Origin: Abditibacteriaceae bacterium
Lineage (GTDB): Bacteria > Armatimonadota > Abditibacteriia > Abditibacteriales > Abditibacteriaceae
Direction of reading: 5' to 3'
NCBI GenBank assembly: GCA_031425655.1
Contig: JANPJS010000083.1
Location: forward strand, 1-27,331
DNA: 27,331 nucleotides
The notes below the pieces were generated by a model that worked only from the letters and a program-made list of their open reading frames with translations, had not been told where the DNA came from and ran no database searches. Below, one piece after another: positions 1 to 8,596 of the stretch. Both the position numbers and the translations under genes were made by a program. Position 1 is the stretch's first letter, and each line of letters begins with the position of its first letter.

Positions 1-92
1 TGAGCTTGCGAAGAATCTCTGCGTAAGAGGCTCCACACTGATCCTGAGCAAAATAACGCAGAGGCCGAGATTCTTCGCAAGCTCAGAATGAC
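1..92. repeat. REP-like inverted repeat (left arm truncated by window edge)
   Basis: TGAGCTTGCGAAGAATCTC (1-19) is the exact reverse complement of GAGATTCTTCGCAAGCTCA (67-85), which continues as GAATGAC to 92. Inner pairing CTCTGCGT (17-24) / ACGCAGAG (56-63). Confidence 0.75.
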
Positions 93-196
93 AACCCTTC
101 TTTATTTCGCCTGCCTAACACTCCTCACTGCGTAAGGTGAGTAATAAAAACTGCAAAGTATTTTTCATTGAATGCCATCCGTGTTTATCGGGTGCC

Positions 197-234
197 CTCT
201 GGGCGGATTCATCTCTGGGCGGATTCATCTGTGG
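197..234 (+). repeat. 16-bp tandem duplication upstream of rfbC
   Basis: CTCTGGGCGGATTCAT twice (197-212, 213-228), then partial CTGTGG. Confidence 0.8.
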
Positions 235-250
235 TTAAATTTTTTTGGTT

Positions 251-781
251 ATGAAATTCATCGAAACGCCCTTGCCCGGTGTATGGTTTATCGAGCCACA
301 GCGATTGGAAGACGAGCGCGGTTTTTTCGCGCGAACGTGGTGCCGCGAGGAGTTTGCCCAGCGTGGCTTGAACGCAGATTTAGCGCAGTGCAGCGTTTCG
401 TTTAACGCGAAAAAGGGCACTTTGCGCGGGATGCACTGGCAAGCCGCGCCGCACGAGGAAGCCAAGCTCATCCGCTGCACAATGGGCGCGATTTACGACG
501 TGGCGTTGGATATGCGCGCCGATTCGCCAACATTCAAACAGTGGTTTAGCGTCGAACTCTCGGCGCAAAACCGCACCATGCTTTACATTCCCGAAGGCTG
601 CGCGCACGGCTTTCAAACATTGGAAGACGAATGCGAAGTGTTTTATCAAATCTCGAAGTCGTATCACGCCGCATCGGTGCGCGGCGTGCGCTTCGACGAC
701 GCAGCTTTTGGAATTCGCTGGCCGCTGCCGGTAAGCCAAATCGCGCCGCGCGATGCGAGCTTCGCCGATTTTCAAGACTGA
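251..781 (+). CDS. rfbC: dTDP-4-dehydrorhamnose 3,5-epimerase family (RmlC/RfbC cupin)
   Basis: MKFIETPLPGV..., DERGFFAR, GTLRGMHWQ, IYDVALDMR.DSPTF, LYIPEGCAHGFQTL, GVRFDD..FGIRWP. ATG at 251 preferred to TTG at 245. Confidence 0.92.
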   Translation: MKFIETPLPGVWFIEPQRLEDERGFFARTWCREEFAQRGLNADLAQCSVSFNAKKGTLRGMHWQAAPHEEAKLIRCTMGAIYDVALDMRADSPTFKQWFSVELSAQNRTMLYIPEGCAHGFQTLEDECEVFYQISKSYHAASVRGVRFDDAAFGIRWPLPVSQIAPRDASFADFQD

Positions 782-787
782 ATAATC

Positions 788-1555
788 ATGACACACCACG
801 AATTATCAACCGGCGAAGCAAGCGACGAGGCGCGCCGCTTTAAGGCGGAGAAATCTGCCGCGTTATCGGTCATGGCGGCGGATGAAGAACTGCGCGCTTT
901 GACATCCGAGTGGTTTAACGCGACTTGCCGCCACAAATATTCCTACAATTTTACGTGGATGGGCCGGCCCATTATTCAATATCCGCAGGACATGATCGCC
1001 ATGCAGGAAATCGTATGGCAAACGCGGCCCGACCTGATTATTGAAACCGGCATCGCGCACGGCGGCTCGCTGATTTATTACGCATCGCTGCTCGAAATGA
1101 TGGAGAAAGGGCGTGTTTTGGGCGTTGATATTGACATTCGCGCTCATAACCGCGCGGAAATTGAGGCGCATCCGATGTTTGGGCGCATTACGATGATTCA
1201 AGGCTCTTCGATTGATGAAAACATTGCCGCGCAGGTGCGTGAATTCGCGGCAAACGCTTCACAAGTGCTGCTGGTTTTGGATTCCAATCATACTCACGAC
1301 CACGTTTTGCGCGAGCTGGAATTATATTCGCCATTAGTCAAAAAAGGCGGCTACATCGTGGTTTTCGATACGGTCATTGAAGATATGCCGACGACGTTTT
1401 TCTCGGATCGTCCGTGGGGCGTGGGCAACAATCCCAAAACAGCGGTGCGCGAATTTTTGAAAACCAACGACCGCTTTGAAATTGATGCTTCGATTCCCGA
1501 TAAGCTGCTCGTCACGGTCGCGCCGGACGGTTATTTGAAGTGCATCGGCGATTGA
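788..1555 (+). CDS. CmcI (cephalosporin hydroxylase)-family / rhamnosyl O-methyltransferase-like protein
   Basis: YSYNFTWMGRPIIQYPQDM, PDLIIETGIAHGGSL, LDSNHTHDHVL.EL..Y, GNNPKTAV: characteristic CmcI-family motifs, in a sugar-biosynthesis context. Confidence 0.88.
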   Translation: MTHHELSTGEASDEARRFKAEKSAALSVMAADEELRALTSEWFNATCRHKYSYNFTWMGRPIIQYPQDMIAMQEIVWQTRPDLIIETGIAHGGSLIYYASLLEMMEKGRVLGVDIDIRAHNRAEIEAHPMFGRITMIQGSSIDENIAAQVREFAANASQVLLVLDSNHTHDHVLRELELYSPLVKKGGYIVVFDTVIEDMPTTFFSDRPWGVGNNPKTAVREFLKTNDRFEIDASIPDKLLVTVAPDGYLKCIGD

Positions 1556-1561
1556 GTAACC

Positions 1562-2500
1562 ATGAAACGCGTTTTGGTGACGGGGGCGAGCGGCTTCATC
1601 GGGCGACATTGCCCGCCTTTGCTCAAAGCACGCGGTTATGAGGTTCATGCGCTTTCTTCGCGCCGGTTGCAAGGCTCGCCACGCGCCGACGCGCACGGTG
1701 ATTTTTCTCACCGCGTTGATTTGCATGATGCTTCGCAGGTTGAGCTTCTGCTGCGCGAAGTGCGTCCCACACATTTGCTGCACTTGGCATGGCTTACGAC
1801 TCCCGGCGTATTTTGGAACGCGCCGCAGAATCTCGATTGGGTGCGCGCCAGTCTTCATTTGCTGCGCTGCTTCGCCGAAAACGGCGGGCAGCGCGTGGTT
1901 ACGGCGGGCACTTGCGCCGAATATTCGTGGAACAGCGGCATGGCTTTGTGCCGTGAAGAAACAACGCTTCTGGCGCCGGAATCGCTTTACGGCACTTGCA
2001 AGCACGCGCTTCAGATGATGCAGGCCGCTTTTGCGCGTGAAGCGGAAATGAGCGCGGCGTGGGGGCGCTTGTTTTTTCTCTTCGGGCCGCATGAGCCGTC
2101 GTCGAAACTGGTCGCTTCAACGATACGGGCGTTATTGCGCGATGAGCCGGCGTTGTGCTCGCAGGGCAATCAAATCCGCGATTTTCTTTATGTCGAAGAT
2201 GCCGCCGCCGCGTTTGTGGCGTTGCTCGATAGCGAAATACAAGGCGCCGTCAACATCGCTTCCGGGCAAGGCGTGGCTTTGAAAGTTATGGTGCAGGAAA
2301 TCGCCGGACAGTTGGACAAGCGCGATTTGGTGCGGCTGGGCGCACGCCCCGCGCCTGTCGGTGAACCGGCTTATCTGGTCGGCGATGTGAGGCGCTTGCA
2401 AGGCGAAGTGAATTGGGGTCCGCGCTACGATTTGGGGCATGGCATGGCTCGCACCATCGCTTGGTGGCGGGAGAATTTAGAAATGAAAGGCGAAACGTGA
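1562..2500 (+). CDS. NAD-dependent epimerase/dehydratase (extended SDR)
   Basis: VLVTGASGFIG Rossmann motif, LLHLAW, GTCAEY, YGTCK (YxxxK), RDFLYVED. Confidence 0.9.
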   Translation: MKRVLVTGASGFIGRHCPPLLKARGYEVHALSSRRLQGSPRADAHGDFSHRVDLHDASQVELLLREVRPTHLLHLAWLTTPGVFWNAPQNLDWVRASLHLLRCFAENGGQRVVTAGTCAEYSWNSGMALCREETTLLAPESLYGTCKHALQMMQAAFAREAEMSAAWGRLFFLFGPHEPSSKLVASTIRALLRDEPALCSQGNQIRDFLYVEDAAAAFVALLDSEIQGAVNIASGQGVALKVMVQEIAGQLDKRDLVRLGARPAPVGEPAYLVGDVRRLQGEVNWGPRYDLGHGMARTIAWWRENLEMKGET

Positions 2501-3687
2501 ATCAGCAAGAAAAGCCGGTAGAGCGAGGCCAACTGTGTCCGGTTTGCGCTGCGTCCACAACGACGTTTTTTCGCCGCGAACAGGTGCCGGTGCATCAAAA
2601 TCTGCCGATGCCGTCGCGCGAGGCGGCGCGCAGCATGGCGCGCGGCGATCTCGATTTGGCTTTTTGCGCCTCGTGCGGATTTATTCATAACAGCGCGTTC
2701 GATTTAGACAAGCTGAGCTACGACGAAGACTACGATAACACGCAATCCTGCTCGACCTTTTTTCTGAATTATCTCGACGATCTGGTGCAGTATTTAGTGA
2801 ACGAGAAAGGTGTTCGCGGTCGGCGCATCGTGGAAGTCGGTTGCGGCAAAGGGCTTTTTCTGCGCAAATTGGTTGAGGCTGATTCCGGCAATTTTGGTTA
2901 TGGCTTCGACCCGGCTTACGAAGGCCCGCTTGTCGAATTGGATGGCCGTTTGAACTTTCAGCGCACGTTTTATGGCCCACAATGCGCCGATGTTTTCGCC
3001 GATGTCATCGTTTGCCGCCACGTCATTGAACACGTTCCCCGGCCCGTCGAATTGCTCCAGACGATTCGCGGCGCTTTATTGAATTCGCCGCAGGCGCGGT
3101 TGTTTTTTGAGACGCCTGATGTCACCTGGATTTTGCGTCACAAAGTAATCTGGGATTTCTTCTACGAGCACTGTTCTTATTTCACGCCGCCGGCCTTGAA
3201 AACGGCCTTTGAACGAGCCGGATTCAGCGTAGAAAGCATTCGCCCCGTTTTTGGCGAGCAGTATCTATGGCTTGAAGCCGCGCTTTCGCCTGATGCCGCT
3301 CCTCCCGCGTTTGAGATTGGTAATTCGGCGCAATTGGCCGAAGAATTCACGCGCTGCGAAGCAGACACCAGGCAGCGATGGATTGACCAAGTGCAGAAAT
3401 TATCCAAACGCGGTGGCGTAGCATTGTGGGGAGCGGGCGCTAAAGGCGTGACGCTGGCGAACCTGATTGACCCCGATTGCCAACTTATCCGCTGCGTGAT
3501 TGATTTAAACCCGGTCAAACAAGGTCGCTTCCTTCCCGGCACCGGACATCCCATTATCGGCGTCGGAGGTCTGGCGGCGCAGGGCGTGAAAAGCGCCATT
3601 CTGATGAACCCAAACTACCGCGAAGAAAATCTGCGCTTGCTGCGCGAACACGAATTGAAAATCAATCTGGTTGATTTAACCGATTGA
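2497..3687 (+). CDS. Class I SAM-dependent methyltransferase, NDP-hexose C-methyltransferase-like
   Basis: GTG start overlaps the upstream TGA (GTGA). N-terminal CPVC...CASC zinc site, VEVGCGKG SAM motif, RHVIEHV, FFYEHCSYF, C-terminal WGAGAKG and D.NP.KQGRFLPGTG. Confidence 0.85.
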   Translation: MNQQEKPVERGQLCPVCAASTTTFFRREQVPVHQNLPMPSREAARSMARGDLDLAFCASCGFIHNSAFDLDKLSYDEDYDNTQSCSTFFLNYLDDLVQYLVNEKGVRGRRIVEVGCGKGLFLRKLVEADSGNFGYGFDPAYEGPLVELDGRLNFQRTFYGPQCADVFADVIVCRHVIEHVPRPVELLQTIRGALLNSPQARLFFETPDVTWILRHKVIWDFFYEHCSYFTPPALKTAFERAGFSVESIRPVFGEQYLWLEAALSPDAAPPAFEIGNSAQLAEEFTRCEADTRQRWIDQVQKLSKRGGVALWGAGAKGVTLANLIDPDCQLIRCVIDLNPVKQGRFLPGTGHPIIGVGGLAAQGVKSAILMNPNYREENLRLLREHELKINLVDLTD

Positions 3688-3720
3688 GACAATATGGAAT
3701 TGCCTCTTTAATTATTCGTA

Positions 3721-5001
3721 ATGAATGTGATGAAACTTCTGGTTTTAATTCCCACTCGCAATCGCACCGATCTGGCAATGAATGCCGTTCTTTCCGTCTT
3801 GGCGCAGGGAATTTCTGAGGCCGAGTTGTCCTTAGTTATTTCGGATAATTCGGCGGATGAAGATCAAGTGAACCAATTGGCCGCGTTTTGTGCTGAGAAA
3901 AACGTGCGCGTCATTCGTCCGCCGCAGTCACTGGCGATGCCACAGCACTGGGAATGGGCGATGAAAAACGCCCTGAATGAACAGATCACCCATGTTCTCT
4001 ACCTCACTGACCGCATGATATTCAAAGAGGGCGCATTACGCGCATTGCTCACAATAATACAGCGTCATCCATTGAGAATCATCAGTTACAATCACGACCG
4101 AATCAACGACTTGAGCCTGCCGGTCAGGTTTGAGCAAGACCGCTGGACAGGAAAACTGCTGGAATTGACAAGCGAAAATTTATTTTTTCTAACGTCGCAG
4201 TCAACGCTGCACAGTTGTCTGCCGCGCTTGTTGAATTGTGTAGTTCCGCTGACCGTTCTGGAAAAAGTCCGAACACGCTTTGGCTCACTCTTCGATTCGA
4301 TTGCGCCGGATTACTGCTTTGCTTTTCGGAGCTTGGCGGTTGAGGATGCCATTTTGTATTACGACAAAACGCTGTTGGTTCACTATGCTCTGGCACGCAG
4401 CAATGGAGCATCCGCTGCGCGGGGCGAAGCAAGTCGTGACCATGACGATTTTCTAAAAAATCTACGCGACGGCGAATTGAATGCGGCCTCCCCAATTCCT
4501 GAGCTTTACACAGTAGGCAACGCGATCATACATGAATATGAAGCCGTGCGTCGTGTAATCGGCGATTCGCTGCCAGAAGTGGAGATGGATGGCTATCTCG
4601 ATTATGCAGCCCATGAAATCGCCGCAATCGAAAACCCGGATTTGCGAAACGAAATGCACTCGATCTGGCAGCAACACAGTCACAGGCTAAGTGCGTTGAG
4701 TTTGAACGCTGTTAAAGACGAAGCTTCTTGGAAGCAATCGCTGCGGCGTAAAGTGCAGCGTGTATGCAAATTAGCGCGGAACAACCGGCACCAGCCTTTT
4801 TATCTGTTTTTGAAACGGCGCTTCGGTCAAGGGCCAACTGAGGTTGCAGCGCACGTTGTCGAATTTGCCTCTATCGGCCCGGCTTTAGATTTCGCGGCTC
4901 GCAGTTGGCGTGAGCAGAGCAGCCAATCCAGCGACTTGGAAATGGTGATTCGTGTCCGGGTTCTGACTTGCGAGGCGAGGCACTCGAAGCATGGCAGTTG
5001 A
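3721..5001 (+). CDS. Glycosyltransferase family 2 (GT-A) protein
   Basis: LLVLIPTRNR..LA..AV.SVLAQ, LVISDNS, M..HWEWA. Start may be 3721 or 3730. Confidence 0.75.
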   Translation: MNVMKLLVLIPTRNRTDLAMNAVLSVLAQGISEAELSLVISDNSADEDQVNQLAAFCAEKNVRVIRPPQSLAMPQHWEWAMKNALNEQITHVLYLTDRMIFKEGALRALLTIIQRHPLRIISYNHDRINDLSLPVRFEQDRWTGKLLELTSENLFFLTSQSTLHSCLPRLLNCVVPLTVLEKVRTRFGSLFDSIAPDYCFAFRSLAVEDAILYYDKTLLVHYALARSNGASAARGEASRDHDDFLKNLRDGELNAASPIPELYTVGNAIIHEYEAVRRVIGDSLPEVEMDGYLDYAAHEIAAIENPDLRNEMHSIWQQHSHRLSALSLNAVKDEASWKQSLRRKVQRVCKLARNNRHQPFYLFLKRRFGQGPTEVAAHVVEFASIGPALDFAARSWREQSSQSSDLEMVIRVRVLTCEARHSKHGS

Positions 5002-5056
5002 ACACAGCGCCTGTCGATTTTGAACGTCCATTCATGCTATTCGCCGTTACGCTGCT

Positions 5057-6175
5057 TTAGTGGCTAATCATGTCTTCGTAAACCGCCAGTGTCTTTTTCG
5101 CCAATTTCTTGGCGGTAAATGCCGTCGCGCGTTGATGCCCAAGTTCGCGCAGTTGCGTCGCGCGTTCGTCATCGCCTAAAACGGCTTCCAGCCCGGCGGC
5201 GAGGCTCGAAATATCGCGTGGATTGCACAGTTGCGCGGCGCCTCCGGCCACTTCTTTCATCGCGCCGCAATTGCTGGTTAAAACCGGCGCGCCGCACGCC
5301 ATCGCTTCGATAATCGGCAGGCCGAAGCCTTCATACAAGCTTGGATACGCGAAACACGCGGCGCCGGCGTAAAGCGCCGGCAAATCTTCGTCGGCAACAT
5401 ATCCGACGAAAAGTTTTGAGTTTTGAGTTTTGAGTTTTGAGTTTTCGCCCCAACCGGGTTTGCCGGCGATGACTAATTGATGCGGCCAATCGGGATGCGC
5501 GGTTTTCAATTTGTCGAACGCGGCGATGAGACGCGGCACGTTTTTGCGGGGCTGCTGCACGCCGACACTGAGAATATACGGCGCTTGTCCAATGGCGTAT
5601 TTTTCGCGTGCGGCCTGAACCTGCTCGGCTAAAACCGGCGCGCGATAGCGTTCTTCAATGGCGTAGGGCGTGAGTTGAATTTTTGCCGCCGGCACGCGCA
5701 GATAGCGGGCGATTTCGCGCTGAGAAAAAGCCGTCCCGGTCAGGATTTTGGCGGCGCGCCGCGCTGTGCCCGGCATCGCCAAGTTCATAATCGCGCGATG
5801 CGACGCGGGAAACGTGCGTGGACGAGCGCGCCACACGACATCGTGAATCGTGGTCACGAATGGGCAGGGCAGAAAAAACGGCGCCAGATATTGAACGTGA
5901 ACTAAATCGGGACGCGCCTGCCATGCCCAGCACGGGAGGGCAACTAATGTCCACAGCCGCGAGTTCGGCGCGGTTAGCACGACGCTTTCAAAGCAGGGAG
6001 ACGACGGCAAAATGCCGTTTTCGTCGGGCGCATCGAGCAGAAGTTGAAATTTCCAGCGCGCCGGATCGAGATTCAAACGCGCCAGACCTTGCAGCAAAGT
6101 CAGCGTGTAAGTGCGGTCGCCGGTTTTGGGAGAAAGCGCGGTGCGGCAATCGAGGGCAATCGTTGTCGAATTCAT
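5057..6175 (-). CDS. Glycosyltransferase family 4 (GT-B)
   Basis: VTTIHDV, ILSVGVQQPRKNVPRLI, GYVADEDLPALY, YPSLYEGFGLPIIEAMACGAPV. Confidence 0.92.
   Translation of the reverse strand: MNSTTIALDCRTALSPKTGDRTYTLTLLQGLARLNLDPARWKFQLLLDAPDENGILPSSPCFESVVLTAPNSRLWTLVALPCWAWQARPDLVHVQYLAPFFLPCPFVTTIHDVVWRARPRTFPASHRAIMNLAMPGTARRAAKILTGTAFSQREIARYLRVPAAKIQLTPYAIEERYRAPVLAEQVQAAREKYAIGQAPYILSVGVQQPRKNVPRLIAAFDKLKTAHPDWPHQLVIAGKPGWGENSKLKTQNSKLFVGYVADEDLPALYAGAACFAYPSLYEGFGLPIIEAMACGAPVLTSNCGAMKEVAGGAAQLCNPRDISSLAAGLEAVLGDDERATQLRELGHQRATAFTAKKLAKKTLAVYEDMISH
5412..5445. repeat. 7-bp tandem repeat (AGTTTTG)x4 + AGTTTT inside the GT4 gene
   Basis: Read directly; encodes ENSKLKTQNSKL on the minus strand. 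Confidence 0.9.
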
Positions 6176-6284
6176 GCTGGGCCGGGTGAATTACTATTCA
6201 CTTTTACGATAACCAACCGGCGCGCAGTCGGCACGGCAGTCGCTGTCTCCCTACCCGGCCACTTGCAACACCCTTGGGTTTCCC

Positions 6285-6968
6285 ATGATTTCATCCGATG
6301 CGCCCATTCGAGTTTTCGTCGTGCAGCAGCAGGATCGTGCCATTGCGCGCCTTGCGCTTTGCCGCTTGCTGGAAGGGCATCCGCGCTTTGCAGTCGTGGG
6401 CGCAGCAGCGACTCAAGAAGAGGTTTTGAATGCTGTGGCGCAAAATCAGCCGCACGTTGTTCTATTCGACGCTGCGGCGTGCGACGGCGATGAACTGCAA
6501 CTTTTATCCGCTCTGGCCGAAAAAAGCGAAGGCTATCAAATTGTGCTGTTGACAGCTTCAACAGATGCAGACGCGCAGCGGCGCGCCGTTTCTGCGGGCG
6601 CGATGGGATTAGTGCAGCAAAGCCAATCGCCTGAAATTCTCTTTCGCGCCATCGAGTGCGTGGCTGCCGGTGAAATTTGGATCGAGCGCACAATGGCGGC
6701 CCGCGCGCTGCGGGAAAAAGCACATCCTACAACCCTGAAATCCGGCGACCCGCAATGGCACATCGCCACTTTGACCGAGCGCGAACGCGAAGTTATCACG
6801 CTCATTTGTCAGGGCATGAAAAATCAGGCGATAGCCAAAAGTCTTTTCATCAGCGAGCCTACAGTCCGCCATCGCCTGACTTCGATTTTTGAAAAACTTC
6901 GCGTGTCCGACCGCCTGGAATTAGTTATCTTCGCGTATCAACACGGCCTTGCCGAATTAGCGCGTTGA
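6285..6968 (+). CDS. NarL/FixJ-family response regulator (atypical receiver + LuxR HTH)
   Basis: IRVFVV...PHVVLFD...IVLLTA...GAMGLV receiver; LTEREREVITLICQGMKNQAIAKSLFISEPTVRHRLTSIFEKLRVSDRLEL LuxR HTH. Confidence 0.92.
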   Translation: MISSDAPIRVFVVQQQDRAIARLALCRLLEGHPRFAVVGAAATQEEVLNAVAQNQPHVVLFDAAACDGDELQLLSALAEKSEGYQIVLLTASTDADAQRRAVSAGAMGLVQQSQSPEILFRAIECVAAGEIWIERTMAARALREKAHPTTLKSGDPQWHIATLTEREREVITLICQGMKNQAIAKSLFISEPTVRHRLTSIFEKLRVSDRLELVIFAYQHGLAELAR

Positions 6969-7091
6969 CTGGCGAATGCGCAGAAATCTCCCGAAAAAGT
7001 TAGCGTCGGCGCGCACCAAAAACGAGCGCATCCTCCCTATTGTGAGGCTCGGTTTTCGCAGCATAATTACTATAGGAAAGAGCAGAGAGAC

Positions 7092-7487
7092 ATGAATCAC
7101 ACGACGCCGAACGCCAACCAGAACAGCCCGTTGGGGTTCAAACCGGATCGGCGGGGCGCGCGGCGCGCAGAAGTTCCGGTGCGACGCCAAAATGAGCGGC
7201 TTTACGGCCCGTGTGTTGCTGTAGTGCGCGGCGTAGACGCGGCAGGCGAAGAGTTCACCGAGTCAACGGTTCTTCAGAATGTCAGCGCCGGCGGGTTGTA
7301 TGTTAATCTTCAGCGCGAGGTTCAGTTAGGGGCCAAGTTGTTCGTGGTGTTTGCCTTCTCACCCGTCGCGTTGCAGAATGTGCCGGTGCCGAAAGTGGCC
7401 GTTCACGGAGAAGTGCGGCGCGTGGATGCGTTAGATGCCAAAGCGCACGGCGTTGGGATTCAATTCCAGCATCATCGTTTTCTCTGA
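7092..7487 (+). CDS. PilZ-domain protein (putative c-di-GMP receptor)
   Basis: RxxxR motifs (RRGARR, RRQNER), NVSAGG (D/NxSxxG), C-terminal GEVRRV...GVGIQF. Confidence 0.8.
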   Translation: MNHTTPNANQNSPLGFKPDRRGARRAEVPVRRQNERLYGPCVAVVRGVDAAGEEFTESTVLQNVSAGGLYVNLQREVQLGAKLFVVFAFSPVALQNVPVPKVAVHGEVRRVDALDAKAHGVGIQFQHHRFL

Positions 7488-7557
7488 GTCGTTCCTAATC
7501 AATTTGGTTTGCTGCCCGAATGGGCTATTTTTTTCCTCACAAGGAGAGGTGTTTTCA

Positions 7558-7878
7558 ATGCAGAAATCAGTTTTCGGAATCGCCGTTTTAACGGTAGCCG
7601 CCTTCAGCGGCATGATGAACACGAGTCAGGCGAAGGTTTCCATCCCGGTGGTAGCCGGAGCAACGACGCTCAGCGCCGTTGAGAAGGGCGGCGTGGACGG
7701 CGCACACTGCGGCTGCGCTCCGCACGACACCAAGCCGGGCTACGGCTTCGGCACGACGGGCCACTACGGGCCTCCCGGACAAGGCTTCACCACCCATAAC
7801 TCATGGCGCCAGACAGTCGCTGCGGGCGGCACGACCACGCCCAAAGGCGGCAACCTGCCTCCTCGCGCTTTCAAATAG
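7558..7878 (+). CDS. Small secreted precursor peptide (106 aa): Sec signal + double-glycine-type leader + His/Cys/Gly/Pro-rich core
   Basis: Strong SD AAGGAGAGGT (7541-7550) before ATG 7558. Signal MQKSVFGIAVLTVAAFSGMMNTSQA; LSAVEKGGVDGA leader motif; adjacent C39 peptidase gene. Confidence 0.75.
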   Translation: MQKSVFGIAVLTVAAFSGMMNTSQAKVSIPVVAGATTLSAVEKGGVDGAHCGCAPHDTKPGYGFGTTGHYGPPGQGFTTHNSWRQTVAAGGTTTPKGGNLPPRAFK

Positions 7879-7893
7879 AGCGCACCGACAACG

Positions 7894-7938
7894 GCAAGAG
7901 CGGAAACTTGATTCAAGTTTCCGCTCTTGCGTTTTTGT
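7894..7938 (+). terminator. Intrinsic terminator/attenuator between precursor and C39 peptidase
   Basis: 17-bp perfect stem GCAAGAGCGGAAACTTG-att-CAAGTTTCCGCTCTTGC followed by GTTTTTGT. Confidence 0.8.
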
Positions 7939-7967
7939 ATCGGACATCTGACACTGAGCGACACTTC

Positions 7968-8579
7968 ATGAGCCATTTAATTCTGCGCTGCGCCGCCTTT
8001 TTAACGTGTTTGACCTGCCTTGTCACGGCGCGCGGCGCGTCGGCGAACGGGCGTTATCTGGTTAAGCAAACCACGTCTTCCGACTGCGGGCCGGCGGCTT
8101 TAGCCACGCTGCTCAACTTTTATTTAGACGTGCCGGCGACTGAAGACGAAATCGCGCGCCTTGCCGAGGCCAACCAAAACGGCACCACGCTACTCGGATT
8201 GGAAAACGCCACGCAATCGAAGGGCGCCGGGGCCGAAAGCTTTCGCATGAAACTACCAACGCTGCGACAGCAATTGGCGTCTTACCCGGCTCCGCTTTTG
8301 GTGCGATTATTGATGCCGGAGCCGCATTTCGCCTTAGTTTTGGGCATCGAAAACGACGAGGTGTTGTTAGCTGATCCGGCAAGAGGCAACGTGATGATGC
8401 CTCAGAAATCGTTTCTTAAGCGCTGGCTAATTCCCGGCAGCGACGAAGGCTATGTTCTCATCGCGGCGCGCGAGGATGGACGCACGAATATCAAGCGGCG
8501 CGACGAAGTTATCGCCGAATTACGGCGCGGAAAACAAGCTCTTGCCGCCCAGCGCCCGGCTCCGGCCATGCGCCGCTAA
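7968..8579 (+). CDS. Stand-alone C39-family cysteine peptidase with signal peptide (FapD-like)
   Basis: VKQTTSSDCGPAALATLL (Q..C), PHFALV (His), LLADPARG (Asp). N-terminal MSHLILRCAAFLTCLTCLVTARGASA signal; no ABC transporter domains. Confidence 0.88.
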   Translation: MSHLILRCAAFLTCLTCLVTARGASANGRYLVKQTTSSDCGPAALATLLNFYLDVPATEDEIARLAEANQNGTTLLGLENATQSKGAGAESFRMKLPTLRQQLASYPAPLLVRLLMPEPHFALVLGIENDEVLLADPARGNVMMPQKSFLKRWLIPGSDEGYVLIAAREDGRTNIKRRDEVIAELRRGKQALAAQRPAPAMRR

Positions 8580-8596
8580 TCTTTGGAATTTATCTT

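Noticed and set aside
1334..2092. 252-aa minus-strand ORF and similar antisense ORFs over the sugar cluster, sodA (10763-11371) and the giant gene
   Set aside because: They overlap well-supported genes on the opposite strand and show no recognisable features.
7435..7967. ORF-track starts at 7435 (precursor) and 7803 (C39 peptidase)
   Set aside because: They overlap neighbouring genes or a terminator; signal peptides begin at ATG 7558 and 7968.
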